In this document: in pieces, positions 1 through 7,544 of the stretch | Layout: each line of letters starts with the position of its first letter | Numbering within the stretch: position 1 is the first letter of the stretch | Assembly: GCA_025360225.1 (NCBI GenBank) | Contig: JANYCN010000042.1 | Span: 112,302-176,301, forward strand | DNA from: Actinomycetes bacterium | Lineage (GTDB): Bacteria; Actinomycetota; Thermoleophilia; Gaiellales; F1-60-MAGs149 | DNA length: 64,000 nt | Direction of reading: 5' to 3' | The notes under the pieces: model-generated | What the model saw: only the letters and a program-made list of their open reading frames with translations | Database searches by the model: none | What the model was told of the DNA's origin: nothing | Translations under genes and position numbers: made by a program

Positions 1-612
1 TCCCTGCTCCGTCCCTGGCCGATAGCCGACGACAACGCAGTCGAGCGATCGAACAAGCTTGATCTTGTGCATGCCGAGCCGCTTTCCCGGCCGGTATGGC
101 GCGTCCAGCTCCTTCGCGATCACGCCCTCGATCGCCGACAGCCACGCGGTCGCCGTCTCCGGATCGTTCGTCGACGGCGTCGGCGCAAGGTCGAGCGTCG
201 CGAGCAACGCGCGCCGCTCGGCGAACGGACGGTCGAGCAGCACCTCGTCGTCGAGCGCCAGCAGGTCGAAGGCCACGAGGACCGCCGGCGTCTCGCGACT
301 CAGGCGCTCGATGCGAGACTCGGCCGGGTGGAGACGGGCCTGCAGCGTGCCGAAGCTCGGGTTGCCATCAGCGCCGAGGATGACGATCTCACCGTCGAGC
401 ACGTAACGACCCACCGGGAGCACGATCTCAGGGAAGTAGCGGTGCAGGGGACGCGAGCCACGCGACTGAAGGAAGACCTCCTCCCCGTCGACGAACGCGA
501 TCACCCGGAAACCGTCCCACTTTGGCTCGTAGACGACGTTTGGGCCGAGCGGAAGCACCTTGGCAGGGCGCGCGAGCTGCGGCTCCAGCGGAGGCACCAG
601 GGGGAGGTTCAC
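1..612 (-). CDS. ATP-dependent DNA ligase (LigC / LigD ligase-domain type), N-terminal 204 codons; gene continues past the left window edge
   Basis: Reverse-strand translation from GTG 612..610 gives VNLPLVPPLEPQLARPAKVLPLGPNVVYEPKWDGFRVIAFVDGEEVFLQSRGSRPLHRYFPEI... EPKWDG is nucleotidyltransferase motif I (KxDG). Not in the ORF track because it is open at the edge. Confidence 0.8.
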   Translation of the reverse strand, partial: MNLPLVPPLEPQLARPAKVLPLGPNVVYEPKWDGFRVIAFVDGEEVFLQSRGSRPLHRYFPEIVLPVGRYVLDGEIVILGADGNPSFGTLQARLHPAESRIERLSRETPAVLVAFDLLALDDEVLLDRPFAERRALLATLDLAPTPSTNDPETATAWLSAIEGVIAKELDAPYRPGKRLGMHKIKLVRSLDCVVVGYRPGTEQG

Positions 613-632
613 GCTGCGGATCGTACAGCTGC

Positions 633-659
633 GGAATAGGTTCGGGCACCCGCATCGTT
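633..659 (+). promoter_or_regulatory. candidate SigR/SigH-type ECF promoter (GGAAT-N19-GTT) upstream of the sigma gene
   Basis: GGAAT at 633-637 and GTT at 657-659, 12 nt before the ATG at 671. The published consensus for this sigma group is GGAAT-N18-GTT, so spacing is one off. Confidence 0.3.
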
Positions 660-670
660 TCGCAGAAAGG

Positions 671-1255
671 ATGAGCGCACTCCTCGACGCACCTTGGTAC
701 GCTCGCAGCGTGGTCGACGGACGCACCTCCGAGCGCGTCGCCTTCGAGGAGGACGTCCTCGCGCTGGCGGACGACGTCTGGCGCGTTGCGCGCCGCCTGG
801 GGCGCGACGTTACCGAGGCTGAAGACCTCGTGCAGGAGACCTACGCCCGGGCGATCCGTGCCTGGCACAGCTACGAGTCGGGCACGAACCTGCGCGCCTG
901 GCTCCTCAGGATCCTGCACAACCTGGCGATCGACCAGGCGCGCAAGCGTCAGCGCTCACCGGAGCCGGAGCCGCTGGAGGAGGGCGACTACTACCTGTAC
1001 AACCGGCTCGAGGCGTCAGGCGCCGACGCGATCGACCGCCTGATCGACCAGCTCAGCCAGGGCCCGCTGCTCGCGGCCCTCGGCGCGTTGCCGGTGATCT
1101 TCAAGGAGGTCGTCGTCCTCGTCGATCTCGGCGACTTCTCCTACCAGGAGGCGGCGGACGTCCTCGAGGTGCCGATCGGAACCGTCATGAGCCGGCTCCA
1201 CCGCGGCCGACGCGCGCTGAAGAAGGCGCTTGCCGACGGGAGCGTGCCCGCGTGA
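671..1255 (+). CDS. ECF sigma-70 family RNA polymerase sigma factor, SigR/SigH-like
   Basis: ORF 560..1255. Region 2 (DLVQETYARAIRAW, NLRAWLLRILHNLAIDQARKR) and region 4 (FKEVVVLVDLGDFSYQEAADVLEVPIGTVMSRLHRGRRAL). Start placed at ATG 671 after GAAAGG. Stop overlaps the next start (GTGA). Confidence 0.85.
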   Translation: MSALLDAPWYARSVVDGRTSERVAFEEDVLALADDVWRVARRLGRDVTEAEDLVQETYARAIRAWHSYESGTNLRAWLLRILHNLAIDQARKRQRSPEPEPLEEGDYYLYNRLEASGADAIDRLIDQLSQGPLLAALGALPVIFKEVVVLVDLGDFSYQEAADVLEVPIGTVMSRLHRGRRALKKALADGSVPA

Positions 1256-1506
1256 GCACGCACATCGCATCGTGCGCGGAGGCCGAGACACGCCTGCAGT
1301 CCTACGTCGATCGCGTGCTGACACCCGCCGAGGTCGCCCAGATCGAGGAGCACCTTCTGCTGTGTCCGCCCTGCGCACGTTGCTACCAGCTCGAGCGCGA
1401 CATCCGCGCGCAGCTGAAGCGCGTCTGCGACGAGCCGTGCCCGGAGAGCCTGAAGGTGCGGCTGCGCAACCTCTGCGCAGAGTGCGACTGCGCCGACGCC
1501 GACTGA
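1252..1506 (+). CDS. zinc-binding anti-sigma factor (ZAS), RsrA/RshA type
   Basis: 84 aa with C8-x25-H34-x3-C38-x2-C41 (CAEAE...HLLLCPPC), the same spacing as the RsrA C11/H37/C41/C44 signature. Translationally coupled to the sigma gene. Confidence 0.8.
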   Translation: MSTHIASCAEAETRLQSYVDRVLTPAEVAQIEEHLLLCPPCARCYQLERDIRAQLKRVCDEPCPESLKVRLRNLCAECDCADAD

Positions 1507-1511
1507 TCGAC

Positions 1512-1759
1512 CTAGCGGCCTGATGGCAAGGTCATTCGACTGCCCGGATCGTCCTGCGCCTGCTGGCTCCGCCACCCCTCGGGTGGCTGCGAAGCCCACG
1601 ACACCGCCTGGATCGTCCTGCGCTGGCCCGCTGCGCGACCCTGCGGGTGGCTACGCCGCCCAGGTCCGGCGACCACGCCCCGGCCCGCTCTGCGTGCCGG
1701 ATCATGGGCTTCGCTCCAGACACCCGAATGACGCCGCCCTTTGACAATCAGACCACTAG
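1512..1759. mobile_element. MITE-like element, copy A (248 bp), degenerate left end
   Basis: Right end tttgacaatcagaccactag (1740-1759). Left end ctagcggcctgatgg. Internal blocks shared with copy D, with the ggatcgtcctgcgc...gggtggc block duplicated. Confidence 0.75.
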
Positions 1760-2505
1760 CCGACGATCGCGGCGTAGCCCGAGTCGACCCGCGCGACGAC
1801 CTGGATCATCCGGCCATGGGCGATCGCTCGCTCGCGCAGATCGAGCACCGGTACGCCCGCAGCATCGTCCGTGGTCTGCAGGATGAAGCGGGCGGGGTCG
1901 GCGAGCCGACCGTCAAGCTCGGCAAGGTCCGTCGTCAGCTCGCAGCCAGCACGACGAGCCGCAAGCCGGAACAGGTCGGCTGGCGTGTCGACGTCGTCGC
2001 TTCCCGGAGCGAGATCGCCGCACTCAACGAGCTGCGCGTCGATCGTCGATCCGGCGCGCTCACCGGTTGCCGGGATCTGCTCCCAGAGCGCCCGCGGGAG
2101 GACGACGGGATGGCCGCGCTCGCCATCGTACGCCGCGGCGACCGCGACGTTCTCGCGTCGGTACGCCGTGCGCACCCGCTCGATCACCGAGGCCGGCAGG
2201 TCAGGGGCGTCGCCGAGGAGGATCAGGGCGGCGTCGCACTCGCGCGGCACGTGCGCGAGGCCGACCCGAAGCGAGGACGCGAGACCGTTCGACGGACGGA
2301 CGTTGCGCACCACGGCGAACCCGTGCTGGGCAAAGAGCGGGCGCAGCTTCAGCGTCTCTCGCCCAACGACGGCGATCCTCGGCCCGTCGGCCGGCGCCGA
2401 ACGCACCGTCCACTCGACGAGGGGGCGCCCCCACCACTCGGCGAGAAGCTTGGGGCTGCCGAAGCGCGTGGCGCCACCTGCTGCAAGAACGATCGTCGCG
2501 ATCAT
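1756..2505 (-). CDS. MobA/MocA-like nucleotidyltransferase (molybdenum cofactor cytidylyl/guanylyltransferase family) with ~70 aa C-terminal extension
   Basis: MIATIVLAAGGATRFGSPKLL... N-terminal NTP-transferase signature. ATG at 2505 overlaps the upstream stop. The stop TAG lies inside the terminal CTAG of element A. Confidence 0.7.
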   Translation of the reverse strand: MIATIVLAAGGATRFGSPKLLAEWWGRPLVEWTVRSAPADGPRIAVVGRETLKLRPLFAQHGFAVVRNVRPSNGLASSLRVGLAHVPRECDAALILLGDAPDLPASVIERVRTAYRRENVAVAAAYDGERGHPVVLPRALWEQIPATGERAGSTIDAQLVECGDLAPGSDDVDTPADLFRLAARRAGCELTTDLAELDGRLADPARFILQTTDDAAGVPVLDLRERAIAHGRMIQVVARVDSGYAAIVG

Positions 2506-3395
2506 GGAGCCACGGTAGCGAGCGAGCGCTCGACAAGGGTCGCCAGCACCGTTCGCTTCCACGCCGACTGCGGGTGACCGTCCAGACCGGCGAGGGGGTC
2601 GACGGGATCGAGGACGTGCGGCGTGTTCGCGACGCCGACAGCGCACATCGAGACGCGTTCACCGTGACGCGCGGCCGCGAGCCCGACGAGAGGGAACGAG
2701 AAGCCCTGACGCTCGCCCGCCCGCAGGTAGACGGAGCTGTCCGGCGGCGCCGGGAGCGTGACGGAGAGAATGATCTCGCCCGGCTCGAGGTCGACCAGCG
2801 AACGCTCGGTCGCGGTCGGACGCCGGTACAGGTCAGCCAGGTCGATGTCGCGATCGCCCCACGCTGAGCCGAGCTGCACCGTCGCCGCGCAGGCGATCAA
2901 CGCCGGGGCGAGATCAGAGGGGTGAGCGGAGATGCAGTCGCCCGCCTGAAGGCCGTGCTTTCGATGGTCGCCGACCTGCGCGTAACACGTGTCACCACCG
3001 CCAAGCCAGCACGTCCACTCAGGGCCACGATAGTACCAGCAACGCGTGTGCTGACACAGGTTGCCGGCGACCGTGCCGACGTTGCGCAGGAGCGGCGAGG
3101 CGGCCTGCGCCGTCGCTTCGAGCAACGCGGTGTACGGAGCGAGCATGTCCTGGGCGTCGAGCAGGTCGCTCAGCGTCGTCGTCGCGCCGATCACGACGCG
3201 CCCCTCCTCCCCGCGGATGCCACCGAGCGCGAGCGCCTGCAGGTCGACGATCGTCGCCACCTGGCCGATGCCGCGGTCGATCAGGCCCGCCAGGTCGGTG
3301 CCGCCGCCCATTGGCCGCGCACCCGGCTGGGCGAGCAGCTGGAGGGCCTCACCGAGGGAGGTCGGACGCACGTATCCCGAACGGAGGACGCTCAC
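2502..3395 (-). CDS. FAD-binding (medium) subunit of a xanthine dehydrogenase / CO dehydrogenase family molybdo-hydroxylase
   Basis: 297 aa. PMGGGTDL and ...GTVAGNLC... motifs typical of CoxM/XdhB-type FAD subunits. 4-nt overlaps with both neighbours. Confidence 0.8.
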   Translation of the reverse strand: MSVLRSGYVRPTSLGEALQLLAQPGARPMGGGTDLAGLIDRGIGQVATIVDLQALALGGIRGEEGRVVIGATTTLSDLLDAQDMLAPYTALLEATAQAASPLLRNVGTVAGNLCQHTRCWYYRGPEWTCWLGGGDTCYAQVGDHRKHGLQAGDCISAHPSDLAPALIACAATVQLGSAWGDRDIDLADLYRRPTATERSLVDLEPGEIILSVTLPAPPDSSVYLRAGERQGFSFPLVGLAAARHGERVSMCAVGVANTPHVLDPVDPLAGLDGHPQSAWKRTVLATLVERSLATVAP

Positions 3396-5638
3396 GCGAG
3401 GGTCTCCACCACACGAGCCCTGGTCAGGGGCAACGCGAGCGCCCGCCGGCCAGTGGCGTGGCGGAAGGCGTTCGCGATCGCCGCCGGTGTCGGGATGATC
3501 GGCGGCTCGCCAAGGCCCTTGGCGCCGACGTTGTTCAGCGCCGTGTCCGGCACGTCGACGAAGGCGATCGTCATCGCCGGAACGTCGGCGATCGAGGGGA
3601 TCTTGTAGTCGTCAAGCCAGGCGTTGGTCGGCACGCCCGTCGTCGGGTCGAACGCGACCTCCTCGGATAACGCGAAGGCCATCCCCTGCAGGATGCCGCC
3701 CTCGACCTGCGAGCGCGCGCCAAGCGGGTTGATCACGCGGCCGATGTCGTGCACGGCCCACACGTGCTCGACCCGTACCTCGCCGGTTCCCGGATCGACA
3801 GCGACCTGCGCCACCTGGCACCCGAACGTGTTCGCTCGCATCCCGTCCGGGTTCGCCCCACGCATGCCTGAGCCGTCCACCGTCGCGTTCCCGAGCTTCC
3901 CCGTGACCTCCGTGTACGGCTCATCGAGGGCGCCGTCGCTGGAGCGGAACCGCCCGTTGACGAGATCCAGGTCGGCGGGAGCCGCCTCGAAGACGTCGCC
4001 AGCGAGCTGGAGCAACGTCCGCTTAACCTCGGCAGCGGCACCACGAACAGCCGGCAGCACGGACGGAGAGGTCTGCGAGCCGCCAGCAACCGGGCCGTAG
4101 ACGTTCGGGCGCGTGTCGCCACCCGTCACGCGGACGCGGTCGAGCGGCAGCCCGAGCTCCTCCGCCGCCACCATCTGCGCTGCCGTGAGGGTGCCCGTAC
4201 CGATGTCCTGGATCCCGGTGACGACGGTCGCGATGCCGTCGCCGCCGATCCGGATCGTCGCGTGGCTCGGCGGGCCACCGCCGCCCCACCAGATCTGCGT
4301 CGCACATCCCATACCGCGCAGCAGCCCGTCCTCGGACGGCTCGAGCAACGCATCGCGGCCAACCCAACCCGACAGCTCGGCCACGCGGTCGTAGCAGGCC
4401 AGCAGCTGGTTCGACGTGTACGGCAACCCGGACGGCTGGTCGACGTCAACGAAGTTGCGGCGGCGTAGGTCGAGCGGATCGATGCCGAGCGTGATCGCGA
4501 GCTCGTCCATCGCCTGCTCAACGGCCGTCACGCCCTCCAACACCATCGGCGCGCGAAACGCGTTGCCCTGACGCAGATGAAGCTTCAGGTTCGCCTCAAC
4601 GCCGCGCGCGTTCGCACAGCGGTACAGCGTCATCGCCGGGGTGTTGACCGCCCGCCAGCCCGTCATGCCGAACGACGTCAGCACCTCGGAGTCGATCGCG
4701 ACGAGATCACCCTGGCCGGTCGCGCCAAGGCGCACGGTCTGGCGCGTCGCGGGGCGCGAGCCTGCATCGAGCTGCTCGCCATGACGGTCGTTGATGAACC
4801 GCACCGGTCGGCCGGTACGGCGCGAGAGCTCCACAGCAAGAAGAGCCTCAACGCCTGCGCCCTGCTTGGCACCGAACCCGCCACCGATGAAGTCAGCGAC
4901 GACCCGGACCCGTTCGGGTGCGACCGAGAAGCGCTTCGCGAGCTCGCTGCGCGCATCGAAGATGCCCTGGGTCGACACCCAACAGGTGAGCTCGCCCTCC
5001 GTCCACCAGCCGACCGCGCCGTGCGGCTCGAGCGCCGTCTGCAGCTGCGTCGGCGTCTCGACCGTTAGCTCAACGCGAACGTCAGCGCCGGCAAGCGCAG
5101 CGTCGACGTCCCCGCGCGACTCCTCGGCGATCTCGCCGTCGATGCGCTGGTCGCGGAACGCCTCGTCGACATCGATCACGAAAGGCAGCGGATCGATCGT
5201 CAGAGCGAGCGCCTTGACGCCTGCCCGCGCGGCCACAAGCGTGTCCGCGGCGACGACGGCGAGAAGCGCGCCGGCATGTTCGGGCTCGGCGTAGAGCGGG
5301 CCGGAACGAGACCGGAACGACAGCGTGTCCGTGCTATCGAGGACGGCTCGCACGCCGGGCACGGCGAGCGCCGCCTCGCGGTTCAGGCCGGTGACGCGTC
5401 CGTGGGCGAGCGGTGAACGCAACGCGGCGACGTGGAGCATCCCGGGCAGCGACACGTCGGTCGTGTAGCGCGCCGCGCCGGAGACGCGCGTCGGGCCGGT
5501 CGTGCGTGGCGTCTCGTGCCCGACGATCGCGAGCGGGCGGTCGCTCGCCCAGGCCTCTGGCTCGTCGTCGGAGACGAGGACCCACTTCTCCTCGAAACGC
5601 CCTTCCATCTCCGTGATCGAGCGAACGAGACGGGTCAC
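3392..5638 (-). CDS. molybdopterin-binding (large) subunit, aldehyde oxidase / xanthine dehydrogenase family
   Basis: ORF 3392..5809. Start set at GTG 5638, overlapping the small-subunit stop (GTGA). Typical a/b-hammerhead and Mo-binding blocks (GGGFG, ...GGSQTS..., ...NPLGARSQVEGG...). Confidence 0.85.
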   Translation of the reverse strand: MTRLVRSITEMEGRFEEKWVLVSDDEPEAWASDRPLAIVGHETPRTTGPTRVSGAARYTTDVSLPGMLHVAALRSPLAHGRVTGLNREAALAVPGVRAVLDSTDTLSFRSRSGPLYAEPEHAGALLAVVAADTLVAARAGVKALALTIDPLPFVIDVDEAFRDQRIDGEIAEESRGDVDAALAGADVRVELTVETPTQLQTALEPHGAVGWWTEGELTCWVSTQGIFDARSELAKRFSVAPERVRVVADFIGGGFGAKQGAGVEALLAVELSRRTGRPVRFINDRHGEQLDAGSRPATRQTVRLGATGQGDLVAIDSEVLTSFGMTGWRAVNTPAMTLYRCANARGVEANLKLHLRQGNAFRAPMVLEGVTAVEQAMDELAITLGIDPLDLRRRNFVDVDQPSGLPYTSNQLLACYDRVAELSGWVGRDALLEPSEDGLLRGMGCATQIWWGGGGPPSHATIRIGGDGIATVVTGIQDIGTGTLTAAQMVAAEELGLPLDRVRVTGGDTRPNVYGPVAGGSQTSPSVLPAVRGAAAEVKRTLLQLAGDVFEAAPADLDLVNGRFRSSDGALDEPYTEVTGKLGNATVDGSGMRGANPDGMRANTFGCQVAQVAVDPGTGEVRVEHVWAVHDIGRVINPLGARSQVEGGILQGMAFALSEEVAFDPTTGVPTNAWLDDYKIPSIADVPAMTIAFVDVPDTALNNVGAKGLGEPPIIPTPAAIANAFRHATGRRALALPLTRARVVETLA

Positions 5639-6096
5639 GCCGGAGCCACCTGCCCGAGTCGCAGGATCGCCCGCTCGATGCCAGGGTAGGCACCGCACCG
5701 GCAGAGGTTGCCGACCATCCCGGCTCGCACGTCCTCGACCGTTGGCGACGGGTTCACCGCGAGCAACGCCGTCGCAGCGACCACCTGGCCGGCCGTGCAG
5801 TAGCCGCACTGGAGGGCGTCCTCGGCAATGAACGCCTGCTGAAGAGGCGTCAGACCGTCCCGCGAGATACCCTCGATCGTCGTCACCGAGTGGCCCTCGG
5901 CAGCCGCCGCTAGCAGGAGGCAGGAGTTCACCGCGCGCCCGTCAACCAGCACCGCGCAGGCGCCACACGCTCCCTCGCCGCAGCCGATCTTCGTCCCGAC
6001 GAGGCCGAGCTCGTCGCGGAGCACGTCGGCGAGACGCGCCGTATGCGCGATCTCGAGCTCGTGTCGCTCATCGTTGACGAGAAGGGTCAGTCGCAC
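5635..6096 (-). CDS. (2Fe-2S)-binding small subunit of the molybdo-hydroxylase
   Basis: 153 aa. CGEGACGAC and CGYCTAG...CRCG cysteine clusters. Confidence 0.9.
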   Translation of the reverse strand: MRLTLLVNDERHELEIAHTARLADVLRDELGLVGTKIGCGEGACGACAVLVDGRAVNSCLLLAAAAEGHSVTTIEGISRDGLTPLQQAFIAEDALQCGYCTAGQVVAATALLAVNPSPTVEDVRAGMVGNLCRCGAYPGIERAILRLGQVAPA

Positions 6097-7235
6097 AACA
6101 GCACCCTACCCGCGTCCGGGCAGAGGCACGCAACCATCGCGAGCTGGAAGAGGCGGAAGACCGGGAGGATCTCGCGACGTTCGGCACCCGGGTCGGTCGC
6201 GGCCCAGAGGTCGCCAGCGGCCTCGATCAGCGCGCCGATCTCCGCCATCCCCTGCTCGCCGTTGACGCACGCCCCGGACGCCAGTCCGCAGAAGCCGACA
6301 ACGTCCAGTTGCCGGAGCCAGAGCAGCGGGATCGCGCCAGACAGGTAGCTATAGACGCGCAGTCGGTCGTAGCCGACCGTGAGCGCCGGCTCGCCGAGCG
6401 GGCTCGAGAGCGTCGGCAGCCGAGCCTCGAGGATCCCCTCGAACCCGCCCCCGAACGCGTGGCGCGTCGTCGCCTCGTCGGCGCCGAGCTGGTGGAGCAC
6501 GGCCGCAAGCACCGCGATCGAGCTGGCGTGGTGCCCGTACGGCACGTCGGTCGCCCAGAGCACCTGCTCGGGCGGCACACGCGCGAACAGCCCGAGAAGG
6601 TCGGCGGCGCCCCACGTCGAGGTGTCGAAGAAGACGTTCGGCATCCCCGCCACGAGCGTCGCGATGCGGGCCTGATCGACGATCGCGGCGTGGGCGAGGA
6701 TCAGGATCGCCCCAGGATGGCGCTCGGAGACGCGGGCGAGGTGCTCGCCGATCGGCGGCATTCCACGACCGGCGTGGATCAGCACGGGCAGGCGATGCTC
6801 CTCGGCGAGCGCGAAGACCGGCTCGAGACGCCGGTCATCGACGTCGAACCGCTGGGCGCGGGGGTGGAGCTTGATGCCGCGTGCGCCGAGCGCGAGACAC
6901 CGGCGGGCCTCCTCGATCGGCTCGTCAGCGAGGTCGAGGCGCGCCAACGGGACGAGGCGGCCCTCGCTCGCTGCCGCCCAGGCCAGCACGCGATCGTTCG
7001 GTGCGCGGTAGGCGGGAGCGCGGTCAGCCTCGTGGAGCGGGAAGACGAGAGCCCGGCTCACACCCCACTCGTCCATCGCTGCGATCGCGTCGTCGACCGC
7101 GAGCGTCATCCCATCCTCGTCCAGCCCGAGATGGGTGTGGGCGTCGTTCACCACGAGGCCGGCTGGCAGGAGCCGACTCACGCCCTCCTGCGCCTTCGCG
7201 AGCAACGCCATCGCCCGATCACGCTCTGCACCCAT
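6087..7235 (-). CDS. amidohydrolase family (TIM-barrel metal-dependent hydrolase) protein
   Basis: ORF 6087..7349, start set at ATG 7235 (MGAERDRAMALL...). NDAHTHLG metal-binding motif. 10-nt overlap with the 2Fe-2S gene suggests one operon. Confidence 0.7.
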   Translation of the reverse strand: MGAERDRAMALLAKAQEGVSRLLPAGLVVNDAHTHLGLDEDGMTLAVDDAIAAMDEWGVSRALVFPLHEADRAPAYRAPNDRVLAWAAASEGRLVPLARLDLADEPIEEARRCLALGARGIKLHPRAQRFDVDDRRLEPVFALAEEHRLPVLIHAGRGMPPIGEHLARVSERHPGAILILAHAAIVDQARIATLVAGMPNVFFDTSTWGAADLLGLFARVPPEQVLWATDVPYGHHASSIAVLAAVLHQLGADEATTRHAFGGGFEGILEARLPTLSSPLGEPALTVGYDRLRVYSYLSGAIPLLWLRQLDVVGFCGLASGACVNGEQGMAEIGALIEAAGDLWAATDPGAERREILPVFRLFQLAMVACLCPDAGRVLLCD

Positions 7236-7337
7236 GCGGGCAATGTAGCGATCACCACCACGAGGCCGAGCTCGACCGGCTCGCCGTCCATCGTACATCC
7301 TACGAGCACGACACCGACCTCGACCTCGGTGAGGTGG

Positions 7338-7523
7338 ATGCTCGGGCATGGGAGACGCCGCCGAAGATCGGCGAATTGGTGGGCTGACGGCCCCGACGTG
7401 AGGATCCGTCCGGTCCTGATCCTCACGCGCCGCCGGGCTGGCAGCCGTCTCACCCTCGTGCTCGTCGCTCCGATCGCGTCGACCGACCGCGGCATCCCGA
7501 CCGAGCCTGCTCCCTTGATGTGA
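7338..7523 (+). pseudogene. MazF/PemK-like toxin remnant (frameshifted near the N-terminus, truncated after about half of the fold)
   Basis: ...SANWWADGPDVRIRPVLILTRRRAGSRLTLVLVAPIASTDRGIPTEPAPLM* resembles the MazF core (GEvWwaD...RPvLVls...VaPiTSt.rgiPtEv). The expected PKIGE part lies one frame off just upstream (7360-7387). Confidence 0.4.
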
Positions 7524-7544
7524 CCGGATCGACGCAGCGGGCGG

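Noticed and set aside
1523-1747. Small ORFs inside the repeat copies (1523..1744, 1532..1747, 62372..62650, 62541..62861, 16842..17072) encoding similar Pro/Arg/Gly-rich peptides
   Set aside because: The peptide similarity simply mirrors the DNA repeat. ORFs appear on both strands and in different frames, with no consistent start and no coding-like composition.
6309-7337. 404-aa plus-strand ORF 6309..7523
   Set aside because: All but its last ~60 codons are antisense to the amidohydrolase gene. Only the terminal MazF-like segment is considered meaningful.
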